This document shows positions 1 through 13,186 of a stretch of 64,000 bases of DNA, one piece after another. A program made the position numbers and the translations under genes. The DNA is taken from assembly GCF_964194155.1 (NCBI RefSeq), contig NC_135883.1, positions 136,648,001-136,712,000 on the forward strand, in the 5' to 3' direction. The DNA is from Cetorhinus maximus (lineage: Eukaryota). Numbering within the stretch: position 1 is the stretch's first letter; each line of letters begins with the position of its first letter. Below the pieces are notes generated by a model, which ran no database searches, was not told the origin of the DNA, and was given only the letters and a program-made list of their open reading frames with translations.

Positions 1-102
1 AATGAAGGCCTCAGGAGCGCGCTGCCCTACACAGTTCTCACCCGGCCTGAATCAGAAGGTCGGGCTAGAGAGGATTGGCTGGATTTCCAGGTAGGAAACT
101 CG

Positions 103-739
103 GGGCAGCAATTTTAGCTCAGCATGCGGATGCACGCCCAACCCGATCGGTCGCAAAATCGCGTGAGATGGCGTCGGGCGAGCGTCCCGATGTCATCCCG
201 CACTTGCAGGATATTTTGGTCGGTGAGCGTGCACAAAAGCCAGAAGCGTGCCCGCCGACAATTAAAATTCAACCTTACGGGCAAATCGGCCAGGCGGACT
301 TTGCATTTTTCATGAAACCTCATCCAAGGGCAGGATGAGGTTTCCATTATGTAATGAAAGAAAAGTAAATATCTATGGACAGCCTTTTTACCTTGTACAC
401 GTTCAGGTGACTGATTGTGATGCTTGCACATTTTTTTCCTGATTTTAGAAACTTTATTTAATGCTTTTCAGGTCATCAGCTCCCTAAAACAGCTCTCCGC
501 TTTCAGGGAGCTTTCTGAAGGCGCTCACCCGCGACCGCGTTGATGTCAGTGCCCGCCCTCTTCCCACCCTTACCTTGGCAGTGCCGAGCTTCTCAGTGTG
601 CGTTTTACACTGGCTGGCTGGTAATTGGCCAGCCAGCGTAAAATCGCGGTTGGGGGCCGATCGTGGTCGGCAGTCCGTCCCCCGGCTGATCCCGGGCTCA
701 CCGGGGTCGCGCCCGCCCACCGATCTAAAGATTCTGCCC
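103..739. mobile_element. Harbinger-type MITE (GC/CpG-rich ends, AT-rich centre)
   Basis: Imperfect TIRs GGGCAGCAATTTTAG / CTAAAGATTCTGCCC; internal hairpin GAAACCTCATCC-N7-GGATGAGGTTTC (314-344); homologous to copies at 52.9, 56.3, 57.1 and 61.1 kb. Confidence 0.75.
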
Positions 740-789
740 TAGGAGCGGAGTGGCATTCCGACTCTGATTGCCACTCTGTGTAAGTTCAG

Positions 790-1088
790 GGCTCGATGTA
801 ATTGCACTCGAGAAGGTACAGAGGAGATTTATGAGAATGTTGCCAGGACTTGAAAATTGCAGCCAGGAGGGCAGATTGGATAGGCTGGGGTCTTTCTCCT
901 TGGAACAGAGGAGGCTGAGGGAAGATTTAATTGAGATGTACAAAATTGTGAGGTCAGTCACTAGGGGGCATAGATTTGAAGTGTTTGGTAGAAGATCTGA
1001 GGGGAGATGAGGAAAAATCTTTCCACAGAGTGGTTGTAGGCATTTGGAACTCACTGTCTGAAAGAGTAGTAGAGATAGAAACTCTCAA
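790..1088 (+). mobile_element. CR1 LINE 3' fragment (ORF2 C-terminus)
   Basis: Translation LEKVQRRFMRMLPGL...RLDRLGSFSLEQRRLREDLIEMYKI is typical of the CR1 ORF2 C-terminus. Confidence 0.85.
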
Positions 1089-1399
1089 CAAACAACCCTT
1101 GAATGGATGGCAAGAATATCCTCAGTTCTCATGTGCAGGCTGGGTTGGTGTATGTGTTTGCAAGCCACTTCCCCAACCACATGCCTGGACCGAATATGTG
1201 GTCCTGAAAAAACTACAATTTCTGGATCATAATATTCCAGAATTGAAATATATTGTCAGGATGAGATGAGGCAATATCAACAGATTCATGACCACATAAA
1301 CACTGGCACTTGTCTTTTCGGCATTGCAGAGGGACTCTGAATCATCTGATCTTCACGGATAACGCATATTTGAGTGGTCTATAAGGAAATGCCATGAAA

Positions 1400-1596
1400 A
1401 CCAGCAACCAATTTGACAGAGTAGATAAGCAGGAACAGTTTCCACTGAGAGGAGGGTTGTAATCAGAGGGCACAGGTTTAAGGTAACTGGGAAAATAACC
1501 AAAGGGAAGATGATGAGCAATCTTTTTATGGAGCGGGTTTTTGGAACACAGTGTCTGAAAGAATAGTGGAAACTGATTCAATAGCAACTTTCAAAA
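1400..1596 (+). mobile_element. Degenerate CR1 3' fragment
   Basis: Resembles the CR1 'TRGHRFK...FF.ERV...WN.L' segment seen in the other copies. Confidence 0.6.
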
Positions 1597-1955
1597 AGAT
1601 TTGCATTTATATAGTGCTTCTCATGACCACTGGACTTCACAAAGCACATTACAGCCAATGAAGTACTTTTTAGTGTAGTCACTGTTGCAGTGTAGGAAAC
1701 GTGGCAACTAATTTGCCTCAGCAACTCCAACAAGCAGCATGATGAACGCATAACCTGTATTTTGTGATGTTGATTGAAGGATAAATATTGGCCAGGGCAC
1801 AAGGGATAACTCCCCTGACCTTCGAAATAGTGCCATGGGAATTTTTACATCCATCTGAGAGGGAAAACGGGGCCTCAGCTTAACGTCTCATCTGAAAGAC
1901 AGCACTTCTGGCAGCACAGTGCACCCTCAGTGCTGGGCTGCAATGTCAGCCTTGT
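1597..1955 (-). mobile_element. DeuSINE-type tRNA SINE (SacSINE1/AmnSINE1-like core)
   Basis: Reverse complement carries the Deu-like core (GTCTTTCAGATGAGACGTTAAGCTGAGGCCCCG...TCAGATGGATGTAAAAATTCCCATGGCACTATTTCGAAG...CCTGGCCAATATTTATCC) and the family tail. Confidence 0.8.
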
Positions 1956-1983
1956 TTGCCTCCTGCTGACCTGTTGAGTATTT

Positions 1984-2085
1984 GGACTGCAGCAGCTCAT
2001 AAAGGCACCTCATGGGCAGTTAGGGGTGGGCAATAAATGCTAGCCGAGCCAGCAATGCCCACATCCCATGAACGAATTTTAAAAA
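1984..2085 (+). mobile_element. 3' tail of CR1/L2-group LINE inserted into a Penelope terminal fragment
   Basis: GGGCAGTTAGGGGTGGGCAATAAATGC...CCCACATCCCATGAACGAA matches the 3' ends at 7570-7645 and 35575-35650; flanked by Penelope-like pieces CTGCTGACCTGTTGAGTATTT and TTCCAGCATTTTCTGTTTTT. Confidence 0.7.
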
Positions 2086-2972
2086 TTGAAAAATTTCCAG
2101 CATTTTCTGTTTTTACTTTCAAACGGGGATTGGGCTGATATTTTAAAAGGAAATGTTTACAGGGCCATGAGGGAAGAGAGAATGGAGTGTAACTGCTCTT
2201 TCAGCCCTTCTATGCTGGACCACTCTTGGATTCTACAATCCGGTGTTTAAGTCTGAAGTTTCAATAATGAAGATGGCAGGTCAGCAGAAGATAGTCTTCA
2301 CCAGACAAGCAGGAACTCAGAGATTATGATCCCCAGGCAGAGTCCAGAAAAATACCCAATAACCCTCCTACGCGGCCTGGAATCAGACATCCCCACGAGA
2401 CCACAAAGGAAAAAATGGATATAAAAAGTACAGACCCAGATACCTAAACAAATGGAAACTAAAGATAGAAACCAAATATCTCTGTTTAACAAGGCCACAA
2501 AACCCACTTCCACTATTACAGTATTTTAAGAAAAAAAATTTAAAAACACCTAAATCTGCAAGTCACTCCCAGGTACAAACATCCACTCACTTCAGAGACA
2601 AAAATGTCTTTAGTGACACAAGGAAAGGCACTGTGTATGCACGTGCAGGAGGGAATTGGGGGATTTTGTCCCAAAGCCACCTATTAAATAAAAACAAAAA
2701 TCAGACATCCTAGATATATTTATACTGATAGGGCACTGAGAGTCTTGTGAAATAATCTAAATCATTCCTGTCTAAATTAGCTTGATTTCAATCTTGCAGT
2801 CAGGCTTAGTTCCTCTACATACATTTGTTATGGTTAAGAGTAATGAAAAAAACTCTACAGAAAAAAAACCCTGCAATTATTTGTATGCTGACAATGGAAG
2901 AAAATATCCTTTGTGTGCTAGTTGCAATGAATGTTCAGTCTATATAGAAGGAACAGCTCGCTGATGTGCTAC

Positions 2973-3340
2973 GAACATAAGAAATAAGAGCAGGTGTGGT
3001 CCATATGCCCCTTCAGCCTGCTCCACTACTTAAAATCATAGCTAATCTTCAACTTCAACTGCACTTTCCTGCCAAATCCCCATATCCCTTGATTCCCTTA
3101 GAATCTAAAAAAATTGTCTATCTCAGCCTTGAGTGTACTCAATGATGGAGCACTGACAACCCTCTAGGGTAGATAATTACTAAGATTCATAAAAGAATCA
3201 TTGAAGAAATTTCTCCTCATCTCTATCTGAAATTGTTGACCCCATATCCTTAATCTCCTAGTTCTCGACTCTCCAACAAGGGAAAACAACCTATCCACAT
3301 CGACATGTCAAGCCTACATCTTATATGTTTCAATGAAATG
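2973..3340 (-). mobile_element. CR1 LINE 3' fragment
   Basis: Family 3' tail (GAACATAAGAAAT on + strand) and antisense ORF2 C-terminal sequence. Confidence 0.8.
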
Positions 3341-3512
3341 CATAAGGAGGGGGTTAATTTTCACTTTGGGCACTGGCGGTTCTGGGCTGGCTGCCATCCA
3401 TACAATTTTCCTTGCCATTGACTTCAAAGGCCAAGGGTCAGCCAATGTGCACCCACCAGATTTCTGCATGTGCCTAAAGTGAAAACGACAGCCCAGGAGT
3501 AATATTCTGACA

Positions 3513-4209
3513 CAAAAATAAAAATAGCTGGAAAAACTCAGCAGGTCTGGCAGCATCTGCGGAGAGGAATACAGTTAATGTTTTGAGTCCGTATGACTCT
3601 TCACCAGAACTAAGGAAAAATAGAAAAGAGGTGAAATATAAGTTGGTTTAAGGGGGGTGGGACAGGTAGAGCTGGATAGAGGGCCAGTGATAGGTGGAAG
3701 GTGGAGATTGCCAAAAGATGTCATAGACAAAAGGACAAAGAGGTGTTGACAGTGGTGATATTAGCTAAGGAATGTGCTAATGGTGACATTAAGGTTAGAA
3801 AGCAGGACAAGCGAGTAACAGATAGCCCTAGTGGGGGTGGGGTGGGGGGAAGGGATTGAAATAGGCTAAAAGGTGGAAATGAAACAATGGATGGAAATAA
3901 ATTTAACAATAATGGGAATAGGTAGGAAAAGAAAAATATATTGAAAAAATATAAATTATTGGAAAAGGGGGGATCGGAAAGGAGGTGGGGATGGAGGAGA
4001 GAGTTCATGATCTGAAGTTGTTGAACTCAATGTTAAGTCAGGCAGGCTGTAAAGTGCCTAATCGGAAGATGAGGTGCTGTTCCTCCAGTTTGCATTGAGC
4101 TTCACTGGAACGTTACAGCAGGCTAAGGACAGATATGTGGGCATGAGAGCAGGGTGGTGTGTTGAAATGGCAAGCAACAGGGAGGTCTGGGTTATGCTTG
4201 CGGACAGAC
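3513..4209 (-). mobile_element. Penelope-like element, 5'-truncated (GIY-YIG C-terminus plus pseudo-LTR)
   Basis: Homologous to 60215-60900; encodes the ...RKLEEQHLIFRLGTLQP..LNIEFNNF GIY-YIG tail; 6-bp TSD CTGACA at 3507-3512 and 4210-4215. Confidence 0.85.
3571..3612 (-). ncRNA. Degenerate minimal hammerhead-ribozyme-like motif of the Penelope pLTR
   Basis: Reverse complement TAGTT-CTGGTGA-A-GAGTC-ATACG-GACTC-AAAA-CATT-AACTG; stem I and stem II pair, GAAA decayed by CpG mutation. Confidence 0.5.
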
Positions 4210-5340
4210 CTGACATTGTGCCCTTGCGGCTCTTGGCAGATGCCTCATCCACTAAGCGTGCATATATCAGAAAATAGTAGTGAAAAATTCATGTTCAACC
4301 TGTGCCACAATTCCCATTAAGTGAGGCTCCCGGCCAAGAGGCCAGATGGAAAATTACCCCCACAGATTTGAGGTACAGATCAGTCAGGATCCAACTGAAT
4401 GGTGGAACAGGCTATAGGGGCTGAATGGCCTATTCATGAGCCTATGTTGCGTATGGCACACAAAGGAAAACTTCATCCATTGTTACTTAACGAGTAGTTG
4501 GATATTTTTCAATGTGATTTTCTGACTTGTGCAAAAATGCCCTCTACTAACTCTGACATTGTTTGGATTTAACATGCAAAAGTGACCTGTACTTGCTGAG
4601 GAATGTGATTGGTGGCAGGGAGGTTAGTGAGAATGGTTTACTACTTCACAAGGCCTCCTTTAAATTAACATTCCTCTTATAGGGTGAAGGATAGGACAGA
4701 TTAATATGATAGTTTTCTTTCACTAAACAGTAATTTATAAGGTTGATACATAGGCAAACTGATGTCATAAAATGCAGATCTGATAGCATCGCTATGACAC
4801 TAGCAGCTTTATATCCCCTCTGTGCATCATTTTAATGGTCACCAAATAGGTGCCATTTGAACAAGCGGCACTTTAAATAACTATGCAGTCTATCATATTC
4901 CAGTAATAATTACCTTTTTGGACTTTAAGTGGCCATCCTGAAATGGGTAGTTTGTGCAGTCAAGTTATACAGGCAAAAAGTAAGTCATTAAAACTTTGAG
5001 TAGCAGCTTGCTTTCAGTACAACGTGTTGGAAACAAGAATTGAAAAAAGCCCTCAAAAATCTGATGTTAACATGGGAAAGATTTCAAAAGGAATCATATT
5101 GTATCCAAGTTAAATAGACAAGGCAGTCTGTACAGTGTTGCTGAACTGGGAATATGTAGGTTGGTTTATAGAGCGAAACTGCAACAGCCCTTTGTTGAAA
5201 TACTCTCTTCAGTCCTTCAGCATGTGCAAATTGAGCTGATTGCAATGAGATCAATTTCTGCTCCCAGTTGAGCTGTTGCTTTGTCTTTCCGGCAATCTGC
5301 AGCTTTCAGAAATTACTATTGGGACTCAGAAACCAACGGA

Positions 5341-5670
5341 CCATAGAACCATAGAAAGGTTATGGTGCAGAAAGAGGCCATTCAGCCTGCCGTGCCTGCG
5401 CCGGCCAATAAAGAGAAAAAAGAAACTAGCCGCTCATTTTAATCCCACTTTCCAGCACCTGGTCCGTAGCCTTGCAGGTTACAGCACTTCAGCTGCATAT
5501 CCAGGAACCTTTTAAATGAGTGAGCATTTCAGCCTCAACCACCAACTGAGGCAGTGAACTCCAGACGCCAACCACCCTCTGGGTGAAAAAGTTTTCCCTC
5601 ATGTCCCCTCTAATCCTTCTACCAATCACCTTATATCTATGCCCCCTGGTAATTGACCCCTCAGCCAGTG
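5341..5670 (-). mobile_element. CR1 LINE 3' fragment
   Basis: CCATAGAACCATAGAA tail repeat and antisense CR1 3' sequence. Confidence 0.75.
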
Positions 5671-5751
5671 GAGGGCATGTGACTTGTCAATATACTGAAC
5701 AACCAAATAAAGAATGAGCATGTATTCATATGGCTCTTTTATATTCTTGGA

Positions 5752-6050
5752 GGGTGGTCTTGTGCGCAGTGGGCAGCATCCCTACCGCTGGGCTAGAGGC
5801 TCTGGGTTGAAGTCCCACTTCAGGCCTTGATGGCCATGGAAGATGCATTCATAATGTGGCCCAAGCGAGTTGATCAGCCTGTAAATCTTTCTAATATGGT
5901 GATGGCTGGCAGTAAGAGCAGGAGAGTTTCCTGGTCAACCATAATGCAGAAGACAATAGCAAACTACAGCAGTACTTTGTCAAGCATGATCATGGACCAA
6001 TCCAATGTTTGCCAACATCCTCTCAAGGCATGGTACCTGAAGAAAGAGGA
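5752..6050 (+). mobile_element. tRNA-derived SINE
   Basis: A-box-like TGTGCGCAGTGG and B-box-like GGTTGAAGTCC followed by a ~230-bp body and an A/G-rich end. Confidence 0.55.
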
Positions 6051-6055
6051 GGATA

Positions 6056-7646
6056 TCCTTGGAACATCTCCAAGTGCTTCACAGCTATTGGCCCTGACAA
6101 TATTTCAGCAACAGTACTGAAGATTTGTGCTCCAGAATTTGCCGTGCCCCTAGCTAAGTTGTTTCAGCACAGGTACAACACTGGCATCTGGCATCTACCC
6201 GGCTATGTGGAAAATGGCCCAGGTGTGTACTGTGAGCAAAAAGCAGGACAAATCCAACCCGGCCAATTACGGTCCCATCAGTCTACTCTCGATCATCAGT
6301 AAAGTAATGGATGGTGTCATCAACAGTGCTGTCACTTGACACGTGCTTAGCAATAACCTGCTCACAGACGCCCAGTTTGGGTTCCACCAGGGCCACTCAG
6401 AGCCTGACCTCATTACAGCCTTGGCCCTTGGCTCAAACATGGACAAAAGAGTTGAACTCCCGAGGTGAGGTGAGGGTGACTGCCCTTGACATCAAGGCCA
6501 CCCATTTGACTGAGTGTGGCATCAATGAATCCTAGCAAAACTGGAGTCAATGGGAATCAGGAGGAAAACTCTCCTCTGGCTGGAGCCATATCTAGCACAA
6601 AGGAAGATGGTTGTGGTTGTTGGAGGTCAGTCATCTCAGCTCCAGGATACCACTGCAGGAGTTCCTCAGGATAGTGTCCTTGGCCCAACCATCTTCAGCT
6701 GCTTCATCAATGACCTTCCTTCCATCATTAGGTCAGAAGTGGAGACGTTCGCTGATGATTGCACAATGTTCAGCACCATTCGCAATGCCTCAGACACTGA
6801 AGCAGTCCATGTCCAAATGCAGCAAGATCTGGACAATATCCAGGCTTGGGCTGACAAATGGCAAGTAACAATCGCGCCACACAAGTGTCAGGCAATGACC
6901 TTCTCAAACAAGAGAGAATCTAACTATCGCCTTTTGATATTCAATGGATTGCCACCACTGAGTCCCCCACTATCAATATCTTGGGGGCTACCATTGACCA
7001 GAAACTGAACTGGGCTAGCCAAATAAATACTGTGGCTACAAGGGCAGGTGAGAGGCTAGGAATCCTGCAGCAAGTAACTCACTTCCTGACTCCCCAAAGC
7101 CTGTCCACCATCTATAATGCACAAGTCAGGAGTGTGATGGAATATTCCCCACTTGCCTGGATGAGTGCAGCTCCAACAACACTCAAGAAGCTTGACACTG
7201 TCCAGGACAAAGCAGCCCCCTTGATTGGCACCACATCCACAAACATCCACTCCCTCTACCACCGATGTACAGTAGCAACAATGTGTACCATCTACAAGAT
7301 GCACTGTAGGAATTCACCTAGGCTCCTTAAACAGCACCTTTCAAACCCAAGACCACCGCCATCTAGAAGGACAAGGGCAGCAGATAGATGAGAGCACCAC
7401 CGTCTGGAAGTTCCCCTCCAAGCCACTCACTATCCTGACTTGAAAATATATCAACGTTTCTTCACTGTTGCTGAGCTAAATTCCTGGAACTCCCTTCCTA
7501 ACAGCACTGTGGGTGTACCTACACCATATGGACTGTAGCAGTTCAAGAAGGCAGCTCATCACCACCTTCTCAAGGGCAACTAGGGATGGGCAATAAATGC
7601 TGGCCCAGCCAGCGAAGCCCACATCCCGCAAATGAATAAAAAAAAG
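6056..7646 (+). mobile_element. CR1/L2-group LINE, 5'-truncated, RT domain with frameshifts
   Basis: WKMAQVCTVSKKQDKSNPANY.PISLLS, QFGF, GVPQDSVLGPTIFSCFINDL and FADD motifs; 3' tail ...CCCACATCCCGCAAATGAATAAAAAAAA. Confidence 0.93.
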
Positions 7647-7649
7647 CCA

Positions 7650-7962
7650 AATAAATGCTTTTAAGGTGTGGTCATGCATGTAATACAAGCAATTGCCTCA
7701 GCATGTTTGCACACAGCAAGATCTCACAAGCAGAAATGAGATAAATAACCTGTTCTGGTGATGTTGACTGAAAGATAAATATTTCCCAGGAGACGTAGAG
7801 AACTCACCTGCATGTTTTCCAATTTGTGTTATGGGGTTTATCACATCCACCTGACAGAGCCTTTCTTTAAAAACTCATCAGAAAGATGGCACTTCTGCCA
7901 GTGCAGTAGTCCCACAGTGCTGCAATGAAATGTTTATTGTGCTCAATTCTCTGGAGTAGAGT
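7650..7962 (-). mobile_element. DeuSINE-type SINE, degenerate
   Basis: Antisense core ACATCCACCTGACAG...CTCATCAGAAAGATGGCACTTCTGCCAGTGCAG. Confidence 0.65.
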
Positions 7963-8149
7963 TGCAGGGGAAATTAGTTGACATATTGTTACATGTCAGA
8001 TTGTCTTCAATTAGTTATAGTTTCAATTGCTCCCAATGGCCTCTCTCACACCCATCTCTATTGGTTTCAGTTGAACAATGGAAAAGCCGCAAGGGAACAG
8101 GGAATTCAGAAGGAGAGCTGTCCATGGGTTGCTGTCATGGATCTCCAGT

Positions 8150-9014
8150 AGCATTTGGGAATGAGCTAGGCTGCAGGGCTAAGGCTTGCTTGGGGAAGGG
8201 GGAGAAGTGCCCTTAGGCAAGGGAAGAGGCTGCAGGGTGAGGGCTGTACTTGGGAAGGAGATTTTCCCAGGGTGTGTGTGTGTGTGGGGGCACATGTTGA
8301 CCTGTGCAAGTGGCCTCAGGATGGTGATGGCTGAGGAGGCAGTCTCCAGAGGAGATGAGGCCCGATGGATATGTGAGGGTGTGTTTGAGAGACTGAGTGG
8401 TGATATCCCTTGAGCTGGCAGTGAGTAAGATGCCAGTGAATGTGTGATGGCTTTGTGAGTGTGTGAGTTTAGAGTGATGAGATGGTTGCCTTACCCTGGC
8501 GGCACGGATGAGATTATTCATCCGTTTTCTGCACTGGATGACCGACCACTTGCATGCAGCATTGTCACTGACCACCTCTGCCACCGCCCCCCAAGCTGGA
8601 CTGGTGACACTGATGGGCCTCCTGAGACCAGAGCGGGGGTGGAGGACATCGAGGGGGGGCCCAATGGTGTCCAAAAGGAATTGCAGGGATTTGTCACTGA
8701 ATCTGGGGGCTGCACTCTTCTTGGTTTTTGAGGCCATGTCTTCGCCGGTGCAGTCCTGGGCTGCGAGCATTGAGAAATGTGCACACGGCTGCAGTTTAAA
8801 AATGGAGCCCAGAGTGAGGAAGCAGCGAAAAAACGCCGTGGCGGGCAAAATGGAGGCTGCCCGCCAGCAAGACGGTGTGTTTCCTGTGGCTGCATAATTA
8901 ATGAGGCAGGAATGGGATGATAGGGCATGAAAACCAGCCATTACAGCCAGCAGGTAAAGCGACTTTTCTCCCGTCCGCTGCCGCACTTAATGCAAATCCG
9001 GGATGATTCCGTCC
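8150..9014 (-). mobile_element. Harbinger end fragment containing Myb/SANT-like exon 1
   Basis: TIR-like end at 9014 (reverse complement GGACGGAATCATCCCG); exon 1 and intron sequence homologous to 32097-32470; left boundary approximate. Confidence 0.7.
8495..8737 (-). pseudogene. Myb/SANT-like (MSANTD-type) DNA-binding domain exon 1 of Harbinger, 81 codons
   Basis: MASKTKKSAAPRFSDKSLQFLL...AWGAVAEVVS...SVIQCRKRMNNLIRAAR followed by GTAAG donor. Confidence 0.8.
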
Positions 9015-9906
9015 TATGGTTCTATGGGGTTGAGGGGGGCATGGTGTCAGATATAAGTGTCAGCCAGCCATTTGGCTGTGGGAGGACAGCGTGGGACTGC
9101 CCAACATTCCATACATGCACATGGTCCAGTGTGATTTTTTGTTTGGCATCAGTACTCAATAATGAGATGGTATGAGAAAACACTGCTGTATCTTAGGATT
9201 GTAACTAACATGACGGCCATTGAGAACTGGATTCATGACTGATGTTTTGTCGGCCATAACAGAAGTGCCAAGGCCAATTTTAGCACCGTGCTGAGATTAA
9301 CTAACATTTCATAATTTGGGAGTTCAGTCTTCTGATATTATGGCTTCATGCTACAATAGGCAGTGACTTTATTCATGAGGGAAATAAGCAATTTTACAGG
9401 ATCTGAATTTGGCAATTTGTGGTATTTTCAATGGTTAAGTCAAGACAAATGAGCTGAGAAATTACCACGGGCGATATTAGTGGAATAACGCTGAGCCTAT
9501 GTCAGGGGAGCTGTAAACATACAGAAAATAAATAGGTTAATGGGTTAAAATAGCAGACAAAGTAATTTCATATGGAATGCCTTAAGCATTTGTCCAGTAA
9601 TGTCATCTACAGTCATTTTTAGGCTATAATTTCAGTACCCAGATGCAATCTAACAAAGCAGCAGCTTGTATCCATTTCCTTGTTTCCTCTCACTATGCAC
9701 ATGATTATACTGATGCCAAAAGGGATCTCTTTTGCATGCAGTGTTTTTTGAACACAGCAAGATAAAACGACTCAAAATCTTAAAGGAAACCAGGAAAGTA
9801 TATGTGGATCTAACAGCGAGCTGAGAATTGCATAACTTTAAATAGCTTTGAAAACTGTTATTTCCATTTACATGTCTACAAAAATGAAAATCAATGGCAT
9901 GACTTA

Positions 9907-10720
9907 GGGCAGAATCTTCCGTTCTGGAGACTACGTCCTGTGGCAGGCGGGAATGTCGCTGGGATTCCCGCTGGGCGGTGGGAGGGATGAACACGTGCGG
10001 TCTTCCACTATTCTGCTCATCAATTGCGCATCCACGAGGAGCACAGCGTATCTCATGGTGGGATGGGCAGGAAGTTGCTCGCCTTGCCGTTGCCTAATGG
10101 GATCGAAGGTCCTGGTACCATATTTAAAGGGAACCCGGACAGCCATTCACTCAATGCAGGACAGGACCTCCACATTTCTCCTCCAGAGCCCTTACCGTCG
10201 CAGCACATACTGGAGAAGCTGGCAGATGTGAGCAACCACATCTGGGGACATACGAGGGCGCTTCCGGCATTGCTTTTCATTCATTTCTAGATAAGAACAC
10301 TGCCTGCGATACACCCATAGTCGGGCCAATGGTCGCTGTTGCAATGGACCCTGTTCACCAGCATCTTGACCTTCTTGAGGCCCCGCTGCACCTTCCTCCC
10401 AGGCCCTTACTCCTTCTGGCTCTGTGACAACCTGAGATAGGCCATCCTTCCCCTCATCTGGATGAGAGCCATTACAAAGTTAGGGTCACCTGCAGTCTGC
10501 ATCATCGATGCCTCAGTGGACCTGTGAACAGATTGAAATGATAAATTTAGTGAGCATGTCCGGTACAGGTTTCCCTCCATCCAAAAGTCAGCAGGCCAGT
10601 GCTAAGCCTTTGGCCTGGCCTCCAACTAAACATGGCATCCCCGCCCTACCCTTCCAGGATATAGGTGTTCCTCCTGTTCATACATGACTGCTCATGCAGA
10701 CATTGCTCTTTGCACCTTAC
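9907..10720. mobile_element. Internally deleted Harbinger derivative (Myb-side terminus fused to antisense transposase 5' exon)
   Basis: TIR GGGCAGAATCTTCCGTTCTGG; minus strand ~10210-10505 encodes ...VYRRQCSYLEMNEKQCRKRPRMSPDVVAHICQLLQ (HARBI1-like N-terminus); right end unresolved. Confidence 0.75.
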
Positions 10721-11249
10721 AGGGTATGAGAGCCATCTGCGAGAAGCCTCCCTCTGTCGGTATTCCGCTTGCCTCCACTACCCTCGAGGCTAAATAGAGA
10801 GGCCATTGCCTTGGCAGCATGGAAAGACTAACCACATGTGCCCTTGTCAGCCATGACCATTCACCCAGGAGGATGGAGGTTTGGAGTCGGCAGTTTGCTG
10901 CTGTTCACCAGCCGTGCCCCTTGGAGGCATCAACCTCCGTCCCTCCCTTCATTCATCCCTGCCTCTGATTGCAGCAGATGGCAAATGACACCAGAACGAG
11001 TGGCAGCTCCACACCTTCCTGGGATCTCGATGTTTTGAGATCCATTAGTCGGGATCAAACCTGCTGCTGGCTGGGCTTCACCATAGAGAGGGGAACAAAG
11101 CTGAGCGTGGTTGGCATTCAGTTGCCTCTTAATTATTAGGGTGTCCCTTTAGTCGGCCACTTGTGTTGACCTTGAACCCCACCCACCCGACAAGGGCCTC
11201 CTCCCACTTTGAGGGATCTCACTTACTAATTAACTACATGACCAAGGTT

Positions 11250-11800
11250 AGAGTTGAAAAATGGTGTGTGTCACATTCCAGACTCACTCCACCACTTTAT
11301 ACCCTCCCCTGTGACCCACCAACTTTCTCCCATCACCCTTGACCCACCCAATATCACCATTCCTTTCCGCTCTGTCACCCTTGAACCTCCCCCCACCCCA
11401 CCCCCCACCCCCCATCCCCAGTTATCCTGGACCCTATTACGATCCACCTCCACATGCTATCCCCTCTCCTGTTACCATCCCGCTGACCCTGCCCCCCCTC
11501 ATTATCTGAGCCACCTGTCTAGTCCCCGTCCATGAACCCCCTCCTCCACCATGAGACCTTCACCTACCAAACTCTCAACCTGGACTTGTCACCCTACCCC
11601 CTACCGCATCCCACTCCCCGCTCTGACTGTGACTGTTCCAGCCTATCACTAGTACACTTAGTTCATCTCTCAGGACTCCACAGTTGACACCACTGATCCT
11701 GTCCTCTTAGAAGCTCTCTTGCCCCCCCAACCCCCCCCACCTTCATCAGACACTGTCTCTGCCCCCTTCCCTGGACAATCTCTCCCCTGCTCCTTTAATG
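11250..11800. repeat. C-rich low-complexity sequence
   Basis: Dense CCCC/ACCC tracts; the listed proline-rich ORF is compositional. Confidence 0.6.
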
Positions 11801-12544
11801 CCTCAGTGAATTGATCCAGTTGTTCTCAGTTAGGTCAGTGGCCTCTGTGCCCTCGCTGGAAGTGAAAATTTGCGTACATTGAATAAAAAAGCAATATAAG
11901 CGAGATTTTCATTACTGAGGCGGGTAGCTTGAGTTGGGAATTCTCTGTTAGACCCAATTTACAATCCAGGGAGGCAGGGTCAGAGTGGAATCAGGCCCGT
12001 TGACCCTGGAAGCAGATACTAAGCAGCTATAGGGCCGGGTGAGCACAGAGGCGGGCTGGTTAGAACGTTGCCTCGGTTTTCTGGAACTTTTTTCCAGTTG
12101 TTTTAGAAGTTGTTTGGCCCTCTAGCCCTCACCCCTGACATGCCTGTCACTGCTCTACCACTCAAAGACCCCTCTATGCCAACTCATGCCCCACACCCAC
12201 CTCCCATGCCCCTCACACTCCATGCCACCTCCATTCCAACTCATGCTCCCCACCACCCCCACGACACCCCCATACCCCCATGACCCCTCATACCCCATGT
12301 CACCTCCAAAGCCACTTATCCAGTATCCACAATGGGTAAACCTCAGGTACCATGTGCACATGAAAAAAATCAACTTCGAACAATCTAATACAGCTCTCAG
12401 TCATACACACTTGATAATGAAACATCTTCTGTTCGTGAAACACATTCAAAGCTATTAAGTTTCCTCAACCAGTTAATCATATAAAAACAAAAAAACTTCT
12501 TTTCAGGCCCCATATCAGAGGCAGACAATCCTTTTCTTGAAAAC

Positions 12545-13186
12545 AGTTTTTTTAAATTCATTCACGGGATGTGGGCTTTTCTGGCTGGTCCAGCATTTAT
12601 TTCCCATCCCTAATTGCCCTTGAGAAGGTGGTGGTGAGTTGCCTTCTTGAACCGCTGCAGTCCCTGGGGTGTAGGTACACCCAGAGTGCTGTTAGAAAGG
12701 GAGTTCCAGGATTTTGACCCAGCGGCAGTGAAGGAATGGCAATATATTTTCAAGTCAGAATGGTGAGTGACTTGGAGGGGAACTTCCAGGTGGTGGTGTT
12801 CCTATCTATCTGCTGCCCTTGTCCTTTTAAATGGTAGTCGTCGTGGGTTTGGACGGTGCTGTCGAAGAAGCCTTGGTGAATTCCTGCAGTGCATCTTGTA
12901 GATGGTACACACTGCTGCTACTGTGCATCCGTGGTGGAGGGAGTGAATGTTTGTGGATGTGGTGCCAATCAAGTGGGCTGTTTTGCCCTGAAGAGTGTCC
13001 AGCTTCTTGAGTGTTGTAGGAGCTGCACTCATCCAGGCAAGTAGGGAGTATTCCATCATATTCCTGACTTGTGCCTTGTAGATGGTGGACAGGCTTTGGG
13101 GAGTCAGGAGGTGAATTACTCGTCGTAGGATTCCTAGCCTCTGACGTGCTCTCATAGTCATAGTATTTATATGGCCAGTCCAGTTC
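12545..13186 (-). mobile_element. CR1/L2-group LINE 3' fragment
   Basis: ORF 12802-13161 MEYSLLAWMSAAPTTLKKLD...; same tail as 6056-7646. Confidence 0.92.
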
